Below are positions 12,122 to 26,278 of a DNA stretch of 64,000 bases, piece after piece. How positions within the stretch are numbered: the stretch's first letter is position 1; every line of letters begins with the position of its first letter. The notes under the pieces are model-generated. The model saw only the letters and a list, made by a program, of their open reading frames with translations. It was not told the origin of the DNA and did no database searches. The translations under genes were made by a program, and so were the position numbers. Location: the NCBI GenBank assembly GCA_012295275.1, contig CM022668.1:7440001-7504000 (forward strand), written 5' to 3'. Source of the DNA: Chrysomallon squamiferum. Its lineage: Eukaryota > Animalia > Mollusca.

Positions 12122-13883
12122 TTTGTTTTTTTATATATTTGTTTATCGTTATTTTTATTTATTTTTTTTTTTTTTTTTTTATAAATATTTTTAAAACCTT
12201 TTACTTACTGAATAATTTTATTAAATCAAGTTGATATTTTTTTTATAAATATTTCATAAAAATAATTTATCTAGTTGCAGAAATATATATTGATGGTTTG
12301 TATATTTTTGTCATGCATTTTTTAATTTTATATTATTTAATTTTATTTTATTTTAATTATTTTATTTATTTATTTATTTTTAAATATTTACTAATATTTG
12401 CATGGTTTATGCAAATGAAATGCTATTTATATTACTGTTGTATTTATTATAATTAAAATTTATATTTATCAAAACTGTTATTGTTATAAAACAGGAAGAA
12501 TTTATAAATTAATAATAATTCTAATGAAAACAATATTTACAATGTATGCAGAATTTGATATTTTAAATGAATAAATACAAAAAAGTAAGACTTCAAAAAA
12601 TTGAAGATTAGTAACTTTAAAATATAAATAATTTTCTACATCTTCTTTATATTATTATTATTATTATTATTATCATAATAACTTATACAGGTCATTATTA
12701 TTGCTGTTATTGCTGTTATTAATTTTATTGCTATTTCTCATCTTTTTTTAATTAAAAAACAAAAATAAATTTAACATTTAAATTGCAAATTCTTACAAAG
12801 CTGATAACAATGTTTATATATTTTTTGTTTTGAAACTAATTCTATTTTTTTGTTTGTTATGATTGCATATATATTTTCTCTATATGTATGTTTTTCAGCT
12901 TCACTCATAGATTTTTATGTAAATTTATTGAACCATTATTTTTAGTTATTATTACAGTTATTGTTATTATTATTAATGCTATTGTTACTGTTATTATTAT
13001 TATTACTGTAATTATTTTTATTTTTAATTGCCTATTGAATTTTTCTTTTAAAACATAAGCATATAATCATTTATTTCTTTTTAAATGAATTTCTTTTTAT
13101 TGTATTTATTTTTTTCTTAATGTTTTTTTTGTTTATTTATATACTTATTTGTCTTGTTATTGTTATTGTTGTTGTTATTATTATTGTTATTTTGTTTTGT
13201 TTTGTGTTACTTGCTACTTCTCTCAATGATAAATAACTGATTTACATGCTGTTATTATTCTTACTTTTACTAATTAATTAATTATAAAATCTGTTGTCAC
13301 TGATGTTGCTGTGTACAGGTTTGAATGATGATGAACGTTTAATGGAAATTTAATTAACTAGTAATTTTATTCAATAAATTTGCATCCAGTTAAATTTTCA
13401 TATATTAAAATAAATGAAACTTTATCTAGTGATTGTCATATTATTATATTCCTTACATCTTTTCTTTTGTGAATTTTTTATTTCTTTAATTTTTCTTAAT
13501 TTTATTTTTTTTGTCCATTTTCTGTTATATCTCTTTTTGTTTCTTCTTTCTGTATATTTTATTTTATTTTATTTTATTTTTTGTTTTGTTTTGTTTTGTT
13601 TTGTTTTGTTTTGTTTTGTATTGTTTTATTTTATTTTATTTTATTTTATTTTATTTCATTTCTTTATATATATATATATATTTTTGATTAATTTTATTTT
13701 ATTTTATTCTGTATTTTTTGTTATATTATTATTTTTGTTCTATATATATATATATATTTTTTTTTATCTTGTTTTATTTCATATTTTATTTCATTTTATT
13801 ACATGATATATTATTTCAGTTCATTTTATAATTTTATTACAATTTATTTACCTTGTTTCTATTTTGTAATTTATTTATTACAG

Positions 13884-14054
13884 AAAACAAACAAGAATTC
13901 AAAAAGCCAGAGTTTATCAAAGGAATTCAGGATGTTGAAATCAAAGAAGGTCAAAGTGTAAAGTTCAGATGCAAGGTCAAAGGTTACCCCCAGCCAAGAG
14001 TAGTTTGGTTCAAAGATGGAAGACTTTTGAAGTCGAGTAAATTTTGTAGAATAG
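13884..14054 (+). CDS. Coding exon; Ig I-set domain 2 first half (KPEFIKGIQDVEIKEGQSVKFRCKVKGYPQPRVVWFKDG)
   Basis: acAG acceptor, AG|GTAAGA donor, 171 nt; canonical titin/MLCK-type I-set sequence. Confidence 0.95.
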
Positions 14055-14579
14055 GTAAGAAACTTACTAGATTCATTTCTGTTACCAAAATCTTGAATTT
14101 ATTATTAAAGTCAGCTTAAACTTACCTGTTTTCCTGTTCCAACAAGAAATTTTTGTCAAATTATTAAATGATTGAAAAAATAATTAAAATATCAAACAAG
14201 TATTTGTTTTTTTTTCATTAATTTGAAATGGATGTGTAGAATAGTTTAATAGGGTAATAAAATGAAAAAGGTAAAAATCTGTAAATGAATTACAAAACAC
14301 TATAAAAGAAATCTTTTAAATTTATTACTTTTATACCTAGTTTTTCAAAATGTTATAGGACATGAAAAATATTTACTTACTAATTAAATAGTTTATTTTA
14401 TTTATTGATTTATTTCATTTTATTTTGTTAATTCTTAACTTATTTAAAGTTATTTATATATTAATTAATTTTTTTTTTATTATAATTCATTAATGTATTA
14501 ATTTTATTTATGTTAAATTTTATTACTTTTTAAACTATTATTTATATTATTTTTATTTATTGACTCTTCTTATTATTAT

Positions 14580-15050
<471 letters not shown>

Positions 15051-15056
15051 TTTCAG

Positions 15057-15197
15057 AGAAGTATGGGAATCGTGACTACATTCTCACTATTGATCACGCC
15101 ACCCTTGATGACGATGCTGAGTACACCGTCATGGCAAAGAACGTTGCCGGGGAAACAAAGTCAGCAGCGCAAGTCATTGTAGACTCTGACAATTTCG
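15057..15197 (+). CDS. Coding exon; Ig domain 2 second half (YILTIDHATLDDDAEYTVMAKNVAGE)
   Basis: tttcAG acceptor, G|GTAAAA donor, 141 nt; LxI...DxxxYxxxAxNxxG motif. Confidence 0.95.
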
Positions 15198-15950
15198 GTA
15201 AAACACAGGATTATCTAAATCTCTTTTTCTTACCTTTAACTTACCTGTATAAAACACAGGATTATCTAAATCTCTTTATCTTACCTTTTACTTACCTGTG
15301 TAAAACACAGGATTATCTAAATCTCTTTATCTTACCCTTAACATACCTGTGTAAAACACAGGATTATCTAAATCTCTTTATCTTACCTTTAACTTACCTG
15401 TGTAAAACACAGGATTATCTAAATCTCTTTATCTTACCTTTTACTTACCTGTGTAAAACACAGGATTATCTAAATCTCTTTATCTTACCTTTTACTTACC
15501 TGTGTAAAGCACAGAATTATCTAAATCTCTTTCTTACCTTTTACTTACCTGTGTAAAACACAGGATTATCTAAATCTCTTTATCTTACCTTTCACTTACC
15601 TGTGTAAAACACAGGATTATCTAAATTCTTTATCTTTTATCTTCTGTTTTTGTTTTTTATCTTCTCTTTATCTTACTTTTTTTATTTACCTGTTTAAAAC
15701 ACAGGATTATTTAAATCTCTTTATTTTACCTTTTATTTACCTGTGAAATTCACAAATTATCTTTCTTGTTTGCACTTTTTGTAAAACACAGGATTATCTA
15801 AATCTCTTTATCTTACCTTTTACTTAAGAATGTAAAACACAGGATTATTTAATTTTCTCTTTATCCTACCTTTTAATTACCTGTTAAAACCCAGGATTAT
15901 TTCTTTTATTCTTTTTTTACTTACCTTTAAAAACAGGATTATCTAAAACT
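15198..15950 (+). repeat. 51-bp tandem repeat starting at the donor, about 13 copies, degenerating 3'
   Basis: Unit gtaaaacacaggattatctaaatctctttatcttaccttttacttacctgt. Confidence 0.95.
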
Positions 15951-16533
15951 TTTTTCTTTTTAACTATCAAATTGATTTTTACTTTCTTTTATTTTGAATT
16001 TTTTAATTACCTTTCATTTTTCTGTGAAATTTTAAATTTATGTTCATATTCATTTGCATTTATCTTCTTTTTGTTTTTTATTTCTTTAATTTGCTTTTGT
16101 ATTTCACTTTTGCCTGATCTTTTAAATTTATTTTTACTTTTATTTTTCTTTGAAATTTATAGAGAGGTAGTGAAAAAAAATATTTGTTTGTTTATGCAGG
16201 TAATATTTGTGAAAGCTGACAAAAAAATTTCTTTATTTTATTTTATTTTATTTTATTTTTTCATACTTTTTTTTATTTATAAATAAGAGATATATATTTA
16301 TATACTATAAAAGCTGATCAACATATCAGTATTGTTTAAAAAAATACTGGATATAAAATAAAAATCTTTAGTTTCATGTTTATTTTATTTAGAATTCTGA
16401 ATATTTTACAAATACTTAAAATAAACATACTAATTTTTACTCTGAAACTATAAAGAAGTATGGCTGTCACAGTACAGTCATAACTTATCAAATTGATATG
16501 CAGAACTGTAGAAAATATAAAACAACATTTCAG

Positions 16534-16700
16534 ATGAAGTCAAGGCTTTGAAGATAGATGATTCATCTTCACCAATGTTGATGTCACCAAAGAATGCCGA
16601 TGTTGATGTCAGTCATGTTTCAACACTGAGTGAGAAGGTGATAAAAACCAGAAACAACATCACTGAAGCTGCAGAGAATGTCCTTGACACAGCTGAAGAG
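16534..16700 (+). CDS. Coding exon (DEVKALKIDD...NITEAAENVLDTAEE)
   Basis: tttcAG acceptor, GAG|GTAGAA donor, phase 1 to 0. Confidence 0.85.
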
Positions 16701-16879
16701 GTAGAAATATTTTTACTTACACAGATACACAAACGTACAGACAGACATTTAGATGCAAATATGTTTTATTTTTAATACTTTAATTTACTGTATCATAATA
16801 ATGCACTTATTTGATATTCATTATGAAATATATTTGGCAAAAAATCAATCACTGGCTTTTCTTAATAACAAAACTTTTA

Positions 16880-17495
16880 AAATGGGTTATGGTCTCACAT
16901 ATCGCTTTTGTTTCACTGTTAAAATGTAAATGGTCTAATATCTCACTTTCTTCTCACTGTTAAAATAATCTCACTTTTAAAATTGGCTCACATCTCACTT
17001 TTATTACATTAAAATAGTACTGGTCTAATATTTTCATTTATATTTAAAGCTGTAATTACTAAATGATTCATAATCTCTCACTACAGAAATGATCTCATAT
17101 TTTCACTGTTTAAATGTTAAATGTTAAATTTTGAAAAGGTGTATTAACTAGTATTTCTGTTAAAATGAATACTTGACACTGTTATTTTATTGTTAAAATG
17201 ATAAATCATAATTTTAAAATAGTAAATGGTCTCACATACCACTTTTAAAATAATTAAATATATCACTTTTTTGAAACTATTATTAAATGATCTAGTAACT
17301 TGTAATTCACTTTATATTGGTAAATATTCTAATATTCTCACTTTTATCTCACTGTTAAAATAATTTCTCATTTATACTTCTTTAAACTATAAATGGTCTC
17401 ACATCTTTTAATTCACTTGTATAATGGTAAGCAGTCTAAAGATCTTGCTTTTATCTGGCTATTAAATGGTATGTGGTCTCACATCTCACTTTCTT
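16880..17495. repeat. Degenerate minisatellite (aaatggtctcacatctcacttt...actgttaaa) running up to the 17527 acceptor
   Basis: Recurring ggtctcacat/ggtctaatat cores. Confidence 0.7.
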
Positions 17496-17526
17496 TCTGC
17501 TAACTCACTGAACTAACTTTCTCTAG

Positions 17527-17679
17527 ATGTCACAGTTAAATGAAAATCTTGATGCAGTGGAGCGCGACCTAGAGAGTCTTGAAACTGGCTTCCAAATGAG
17601 CTCGGCAGACAAGAAAAATAACAATATTAATCTTGGTGACATTTCACCCCTGGAAGCCATTGATGAGTATAGGGCTAGG
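17527..17679 (+). CDS. Coding exon (MSQLNENLDAVERDLESLETG...EAIDEYRAR)
   Basis: ctctAG acceptor, GTAAGG donor, 153 nt, phase 0 to 0; heptad-like. Confidence 0.85.
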
Positions 17680-18150
17680 GTAAGGCTCAAGTAGTCTTCA
17701 GAGGGTTCTGATAAGTTAGTCTGTGTGTGTGAGGCTTTGTGTTAATAAGTTAGTTTTGTGTGTATGAAGCTTTGTGTTTGTGTGTTGATGAATATAGGGC
17801 CAGGGGAAGGCTGAAGTAGTCTTCACAGGGTTCTGATAAGTTAGTTGTATGTGTGTGAGGAATTTGTGCTGTGTGATCTTCACAGGGTTCTGATAAGAAT
17901 GATGAGTATAGATCCAGGGCCAGAAGTAGAAGGTTATAGTGGTCTTCATAGATTTCTAATATAAGTTAGTCTGTGTGTGTGAGGCTTTGTGTTTGTGTGT
18001 TGATGAGTATAGGGCCAGGGGAATGTTATAGTGATCTTCACAGGGTTCTGATAAGTTAGTTTGTGTGTGTGAAGCTTTGTGTTTGTGTGCTGATGAATAT
18101 AGGGCCTATCTGATCTACATAGGGTTCTAATAAGTTAGTTTGTGTGTGTT
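17661..18150 (+). repeat. About 100-125 bp tandem repeat containing exon end plus donor region, 5 copies
   Basis: tgatga(g/a)tatag starts at 17661, 17786, 17900, 18001, 18091; shared agggttctgataagttag. Confidence 0.9.
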
Positions 18151-18885
18151 TCATCTTTAGAAGCCTTTGATAAATATAAGACCTGGATGAATTTGCTGTG
18201 GTATTTATGGGGATGTAATATGTTAGTGTATGTTTGGGAGGAGGTTTGTAGGTAGGGGGTGGTGTATTTGTGTAAGTTATAGTTAGAAGAAAATGATTAA
18301 TACAGAGCCAAATTATAGTAATTTTCTTAGGGCTTTAATAATTCTTTTGAAACAACTGACTGTAAATTTAAAGTTTTAATGATTCTGTGCATGCATGTGT
18401 GTTAGATATGTGTTTGTATGATTGTGTATGTTTGTGTGTATGTATGTGTTTTTACGTGTGATTCTGGGGTATTTGTGGTGTATTTTTCATATTTTGAAAC
18501 TACTATTGAATACTGGGCTATGGTAAGTTTGTAACAATTAAATTATCTTTATGCCTCTAATGATTACTTCCACTGCAAAATAAATCAGTTTGTAAAATAC
18601 TAACTTTTTATACTGTACTGTACCAACAATACAGGGCCTTTTTCCCAACACACAAACACTAACAAACTAACCATTATCATTGATAATGATGAGCACATAA
18701 CAAGCTTGCTTTAATTTATCTTTATTAAGCTAATATAATTTAAATTTAGAATTCTGATTTAGAATCTAAAGGACGTGACAATATAAGAAATAAATAAACT
18801 AAATTTTGGTAGTTTATACACTTTATATAACTATATCATTCTTACCATTTCAGACAATGAAATTTTATTTGTTTTTCTTTTCCAG

Positions 18886-19635
18886 GAGAAGGCAGCGAAG
18901 GGAGTTCGTCTGTTGACATCATCGGCTCTGAATGTTCTCCGAACAGCGGAGGAGATTATAAAAAGTGAGAGAGAAGAATCTAACAATTTCGTAACAAGCA
19001 CACCTCGAGTTTCCGACACGTCACGCTTCAGTGATTTCCATAACAACAACGAAACTGACACAAGCAGTTTCAGCAACAAATCCTTACTGAACAACAACAG
19101 CAACAATAACAACAACAACATTCCCGAATCAACCAGCGATTTGCAGCAACAAGGCATGAGTTGTAACGTAAAATCGGTTGATTCTGACAACCGCACAAAA
19201 TTAAACACTGATTCGGCTTTTGCAAACACAACTCCCGTCTCCATTTCCCAGAACAACTTCATGAATCGACTGATTGATTCTTCTGATTCGGTAAATCAGT
19301 TTGATGATTCCAGTAACAGTTTCGACATGGTGAACAATCCCATAACAAATTCTGCCACGAAGTCGTCTGTGTTCACTGAACTGAAGCTGGACCTGACAAA
19401 CAGGAATAATGACTCTGTGACAGACTGCAGGACAGACAGCAACAACCAGGACAGTTCACTCGATGACGAGATCATCTGTAACTTCGGACCCAAGGCTGTG
19501 GATCGGGAAAAATACCGGCGTGACTTCGAGAGCAAAGAATCAAAACGAACCAAATGGGAAGTGAAGCTTGACCACTTCTCACCTGCTGCAGAGATCGTCA
19601 ACAGAAAACAAAATGTGGAAGAGACAGAGGAACAG
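18886..19635 (+). CDS. Coding exon, S/N-rich linker (EKAAKGVRLL...KQNVEETEEQ)
   Basis: Polypyrimidine ccAG acceptor, CAG|GTAAAG donor, 750 nt open. Confidence 0.9.
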
Positions 19636-20594
19636 GTAAAGAACACGACAGAATAAACAAAAAACAGTTTTAAAAAAGCTGTTAAAATTTTATTTATTTA
19701 TTTTTATCAACATCAGTTTTAGTTTGTTCTTTTTTTGTCATATTTCATCATTTTTATTTTTCATCATTATCATCTTTGTTATCATTTTCACCATCTTCTT
19801 AGTATTTTTCTCAAATATCTTCTTCATTCTTTTTCATCATTTTATTTTTTTTCAACACCATCTTCTATTCATTGTCTTTTTTTGTCATCATCATCATCAA
19901 CATCATCATCATCATCATCATCATCTTTTTCCATTTCCCTAACCAGATATTTTCACACAGATAGATATAAAAGTATTTAGATATTGAAACAAGGATAGAT
20001 AAATAGATAGATAAGCTCTAAAAGATAAGCAACTAAACTTCCATCTGAAATAACATTAAATCTATCACAGTTACTAACACCTGCACATTAACAACTAACA
20101 AAATTCTGATATAAAAATTCATAACTAGTATTAACACTCTAAAATCAAATTAATCTTTTTATATTAACAAATGAATAATAATTAAACATTTAAAACACTT
20201 GTGTACTAGATTCTTTGCTTTCTGTCAAATATTCACAAAAATTAACAAAGCCACTAAAATAAATAAGTAAATAAATAAGTAAATAAATAAATATATAAAT
20301 AAATAATAATAATAAATAATTATAAAAAATATAATAAATTATAAATAAATAAATAAATAAATCCAAAATCAAAGTGTTGTGGTTAATAATAATAATTTAT
20401 AAATAATTATGTTGTTTTTGTTTAACTGTTTGAAAAAATTACATGATCCAAAACCCAAAATAAAAGCTTTTTGTAGTTTGTGTTGTCATTGGGAAAATAA
20501 TTATTATTTTTTTTGTTTAACCTATTTGTAAAAAATTACATGATGAAAAACAGAAAATGAATCATCCTTAAAACTGTACAAGGTATTGTTGTTG

Positions 20595-20638
<44 letters not shown>

Positions 20639-20739
20639 TACTTTGTTATTAGTAAAGATTGGATACATAAAACTGTAACAAATACAGAAGTAGACAGAGT
20701 AAGAGGGTTTAACTAAGAAGTGTTTTTCTACACTGGTAG

Positions 20740-20898
20740 ATTTACAAGACTGCTGGGAAGGTTTTCTCTCTGGAGGATCATGTGAAGGGTCTGGAGAGCA
20801 AGGTCAAGGGAGATAATGACCTGAGCAGTGAGGAGATGTCAGATCTTCAGAATGAGGTAGCAAAAGCTGTGGCACAAGTAGCTCGGAGCGAGAATGAG
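20740..20898 (+). CDS. Coding exon; MyRIP/melanophilin-like coiled coil (IYKTAGKVFSLEDHVKGLESK...QVARSENE)
   Basis: tAG acceptor, GAG|GTGATT donor, 159 nt; missed by the ORF track; pattern matches the Rab effector C-terminal helix of MyRIP. Confidence 0.85.
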
Positions 20899-21716
20899 GT
20901 GATTGGTCAATTTTGAAATTTTAAAATTTTAAAATTTTTGCCAGAGATGTTAACAGTTTTTATTATTGTTATTATTTACTTTATTAGTAAAGATTGGATT
21001 TTTTTTTTTTTACATTAAAAAGGCTTTCATAAGTTCATCACTTTTGTTTCTTATAATAACAGAATCTAAAAATGGTGCCACATTTCTAGATGATGTTGGT
21101 TATAAAGTCACAACCATAATGATGATGATGATGAAAATAATTTACTAATAATTTACATTTTATTACAACAGCTGCCACCACTACCCTATCTGTTACTACT
21201 AATCTACATTACTTTTGTTACTACTACTACTCATATTATTACAACTACTACTACTACTGTACTATATTATCACTATTATTTCTATTTTATTATTATATTC
21301 ATTACTACTACTACTATTTACCACTACTACTACTACTACTACTTTTACTATTATTATTATTACTTCTATTACTGTTATTATTATCATCATTATTGTAATC
21401 ATTATCATTATATTATTAATATTTTATTATTATTACTATTACTATTATTATTATTATTATGATTATTACTATTACTTTTATTATTACTATTACTATTATT
21501 ATTATGATTATGATTATTACTATTATTATTACTATTATTAGAATAATTATTATTATTATTACTATTACTATTATTATTACTATTATTATTATTTTGTCAC
21601 CATTATCATTATTATTATTATTACTATTACTATTATTATTACTATTATTACTATTATTATTATTATTATTATTATTACTATTACTATTACTATAATTATC
21701 ATTAAAACTGTTACAG

Positions 21717-22022
21717 GTGAACTCAATAGAGAAGAGTGTGACAGGATTAACAGATTCTCCGTCGCCTTCCCAGAATTCTCCACGCGCAGACACGTCAAGT
21801 CAGCTCTCATCTCGCAGGCAGTCGTTCGACTCGGGGATTTCGTCGATGAAGGAGAAGATCGAACCAGTTCGACTGGTAGGCACCACGGGGGAGGACGAAG
21901 TCCCGGAGAGCCGGGGGGAGTATGACGCAGACTCGGGGATTGAACTCCCGTCGGTGAACAGGCTCCGGGCGATGTTTTCAAGTCGGAAGGAAGATGAGTT
22001 AGGGGACGGGAATTTCAAAAGG
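21717..22022 (+). CDS. Coding exon (VNSIEKSVTGL...ELPSVNRLRAMFSS...GNFKR)
   Basis: acAG acceptor, GTGAGA donor, 306 nt, phase 0 to 0. Confidence 0.9.
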
Positions 22023-22890
22023 GTGAGAGGTTTATATAAATTTTGAAATTGGTAGTTTAAAAAGTGGATATGTGTGTGGTATGGGATTAATGAAATAAAT
22101 ATTATAGCTTAGCATTGTGAATTGGTTATGGTGTGTAATTGTAAAATGTAAATGGTTTAAGAATATAAATATAAAATGTTATATTGCATGAGTTTGTAGA
22201 TAAAAAAAAAAAGGAATATTTTATAACTAAATATGCTTGGGGTTAAAAAAAGTTATAAATGATATGGCTTGAAATTCTGCTCTTAAAAAAAAATAAAATG
22301 AAATAGCTTTGAAAAGAAAGATCTTTGATTCAGTAGCAATATATCATAGTTATTGTAATTGTTTTTATTACTTCACAGTGTAATATTATAAATGGAAAAT
22401 ATCTATATGAAATTTGTTTTACAATATTACCAAAGTATGTATAATTAAATTTGTTGATGGAATAAAATTATATCTGGGGTATGATAGAAAATATTCTGTA
22501 TCATGATAATTAATTTTTCTGTAATATCTTAATCAAACAATTGCAAATTAATTTTATTGTCAAATAATTAAAGACTATGTTGGTTAATGAATGACAAATG
22601 TACTATTTATGATTTGAAAGAATATAAATCAGAACTTAGTAAGAAACTATATTATGGTCCCATATTATAGTGTGTGTGTTTGAAAACAACAAATAAATTT
22701 ATATTTTTTAAATATGCTAGGATGCAAAATGAATGTTACAATGAAAAATTTTTAATTTTCATTTTAGTGCATTGTTTACAAATAAGTGTTATAATGAGCA
22801 TGCATGCATACACACACCCACACACGCACATACACACATACACACATACACCCACATACACACATACACACATACACCCACATACACACA

Positions 22891-22936
<46 letters not shown>

Positions 22937-23293
22937 CACACACATTCACACTCACACATATGAAAGGAGATAATGTTGAAACTGAAAACTTACTGAACTA
23001 AAATGAAGATGATGTAGAAATTCAAATTTTATGAGATATTTAAAAAATGTTCTGTGTAATAACAGAAGACAATTTTGTTATGTCTGTGTGTCTGTTCATC
23101 CACATATATTTTATTTAATCAATTTTCTGCATTTCAGTATTTTAGAAACTAAATTAGGACTTTTAAAACATTAATTTCATTAGCATAATTAAAACATTAT
23201 TTTTACTAGCACAGTTTCATCCATCAGTCTGTACAGTCTGTCTGTACAGAAATCTTGTTTTATTAACTCATCTAGTTAAACATTAACTTACAG

Positions 23294-23311
23294 AAAGATT
23301 CTGAAGAAGTG
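23294..23311 (+). CDS. Candidate 18-nt cassette microexon (KDSEEV)
   Basis: ttaacttacAG|AAAGATTCTGAAGAAGTG|GTGAGT; symmetric phase 0, no stop. Confidence 0.65.
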
Positions 23312-23666
23312 GTGAGTAATTTTGTAGATTTAGGATTTTATCTTTTTTAAAAATATTTTTAATATTTTCTTCTTTGAATGCTAATTAACAAGAGAGAGGC
23401 TTTGACAGGTAAAAATGCATGTAAATTAAAAATATGCTTTTGAAGTTGACTAATCTATGAATTTGTATGTGTAGTGAGTCTAATGTAGTGTTCAACCGAT
23501 TGTTATATTTAGTATTACACACCTAGTTAGAATATAACTCAGTATGTATCTGTGTAATTATTATTATCTGTATTCATAAGTCATGATATAAAACAACCAG
23601 GAAGATAACAGAATTAAAGTAAGATAACAAAATTATGAAAATAACCTCTTGATCTTTTTTCTATTC

Positions 23667-23747
<81 letters not shown>

Positions 23748-24036
23748 ATATTAGCTATCATTTTTTTATAAAAGAAGACATTTAAAACCTCAGTATAATA
23801 AAGATAGAAATTTTGGTACATTTCTCAGTTGTTGTAAAACCTTGTTCTCTGTTCCTCACCTATTTTGAACATCATTCTCTCATTCCATCTCACACCTGAG
23901 GATTTGGTTTGTTGCTATGGAGATGTGAGTTTGTTATTTGGGAATAATTAATGATTTACCTGCAGCCATTGTCTGAAAACACCTGTGTTTTGTCAAGTCA
24001 TTAGAAAGTGTATAAAATATTGTTATTATTGTTATT

Positions 24037-24072
<36 letters not shown>

Positions 24073-26278
24073 GTTATTATATTATTTTATTATTATTATC
24101 TTTTTACTATTAATATTTTATTATTACAATTATTTTATTATTATTATAATTATTATTGTTTTATTATTAATATCTTCATCATGAACATCATTAATATTAT
24201 TACTTCTATAAAATATTTTTATTGGGTTTGTTTTTTCATCTTCATATTAACCCAGGTTTTTATCTTTATTAAATATTTTAGATTAGATTAGATTTGTAAA
24301 ACAAACAAAACAAAAAAAATCTCAAGTTTATTACATATTTTGGTAACTAACATAATTTTGTGTTAAAAATTAATTTCTTAGTTTTTATTTCATAAAACAA
24401 GGCAGCTGAATATTTTTAAATGAAAACATATTTTTTCTTATTAATTTCAAACTGGAATTACTAATATTTTTCACCTTCTTTACTATGGGCTATTTCTATT
24501 ATTTTTATGAATTGTTTTCTTATTTTTTAAAATTTTTTTTTTTTGGAATGGGTTTTACAATTTTGACATTTAAAAATGTCTTTTTTCCTTTTTCTTATTA
24601 AAATAGTCATATTTGTCTGGATTTTTTTTCCAGTGAATTGTACAATTTCTTAGTTAGGAATTAAAAAAAATTAAAATTAAATAGAATTTGAGTCATTATG
24701 TATAATGATTCATTATTTTTAAAACATGAACTGTTAATATGGGTTGCTTTAGAAACATATATCAGAATTTATTTATTTTGTAGTTTGTGTTACTAAAATA
24801 AAAATTAAAATTAATATTATTAATATTCAAATTTTAGTCATTGTAATCAATTTCTTTTAATACATTTTTTTTTATTAAAATAAGAAGAAATAATACTAAT
24901 AATAATAATTATTATTATTAGTATTAGATTTATTATTATTAGTGTTATTAGTATTATTATTATTAGTGTTGTTTCTATTGTTATGTGTATTTTAAAATAC
25001 ATACAACAATTTAAACTAATTCTATTTCAGTTTATTTTATTAAGGTATTTATAAATAACCAAAATTTGTTAAAACAGGTTTATAAATATACTGAAACAAA
25101 TTTTAATTAGTTTATTATTATTATTATATTATTGTTGCTATTATTATTATTATTTACATTTACAGAATTACAAAATAAAATTAATAAAAACTGAATATTT
25201 TTAAAATCAATTTTTAATTTCTAGGGGACATTTTTTAAGTACTTTAAGATACACTTTTCAATATTTTTAAATATATATATATATATGCACAGACACAAAC
25301 ACACATATATGATCATAATAAAATGAAACCAATAAATTAAAATAGTTGGTAATAAAACCTATATAATATACACTTATACATAAAATTATTAACTTACACA
25401 TTTTTTAAAATATAAATGCAAATTAGTTAATACTAAGTCTTGTTTATATTTAAATTAGTGTGTATATTCACTCTCACTTAGTTTACATAGTTTATATATT
25501 GCACATTTATTTTTATTAGAGTTGTATCTTGTTTTTTCATTTCCTTCTCATAAACATAGAATTTGTTTATCTTAATAATTATATTTATTTATTTATTTAT
25601 TTAATTATTTTTATTTAGAGTTATTGTTTATAGCTGAAAATTAATTTGCTTAGCCAGTTATAAAACAATTAAAAAATTGTAAATATTACAACAAAATTTG
25701 ATTTTTAACATTTTTAATTTTCAAGAATCTTTTTATAACGAAATAGTTAATTTTTGAATTATAAAAATTTTTAAAGAATATTATGGTACATAATTTTGTT
25801 ATTATTATAAATAAATATGATATAATTAAAAAATAAAATAAAAATTATATGTACCTTTATACATAAAGTTATAAAATACATATTGATATATACAGTTGTT
25901 AATTAATCTGTTCATAATATGAAATAAATAATTTTTATATATAAATTATTCTACATACTTTTTTTTATATATAAATTATTCTACATACTTTTAAATTATG
26001 TATTTTATCTATTGCACATTTAGATTTCAGTTTCTTCTAATAAATTTCTTTTCTTATTAACATTTCAGTTGTTCACCTGATATTCACTTTTAAATAGTAA
26101 ATACTTGAAGGTAGATAGTACATTCAAAAAACAAAACATTTCTCTGTTAACAACAATCACAGGATAACTGGTGCTGAATGAATGGAAAAGAATACTTATG
26201 TTGATGTTTTAATTATTAGAAATTATTTATAATAAAATTTTAAATATATTAAAACAAAAATAATTATTTTGTTTTCAG

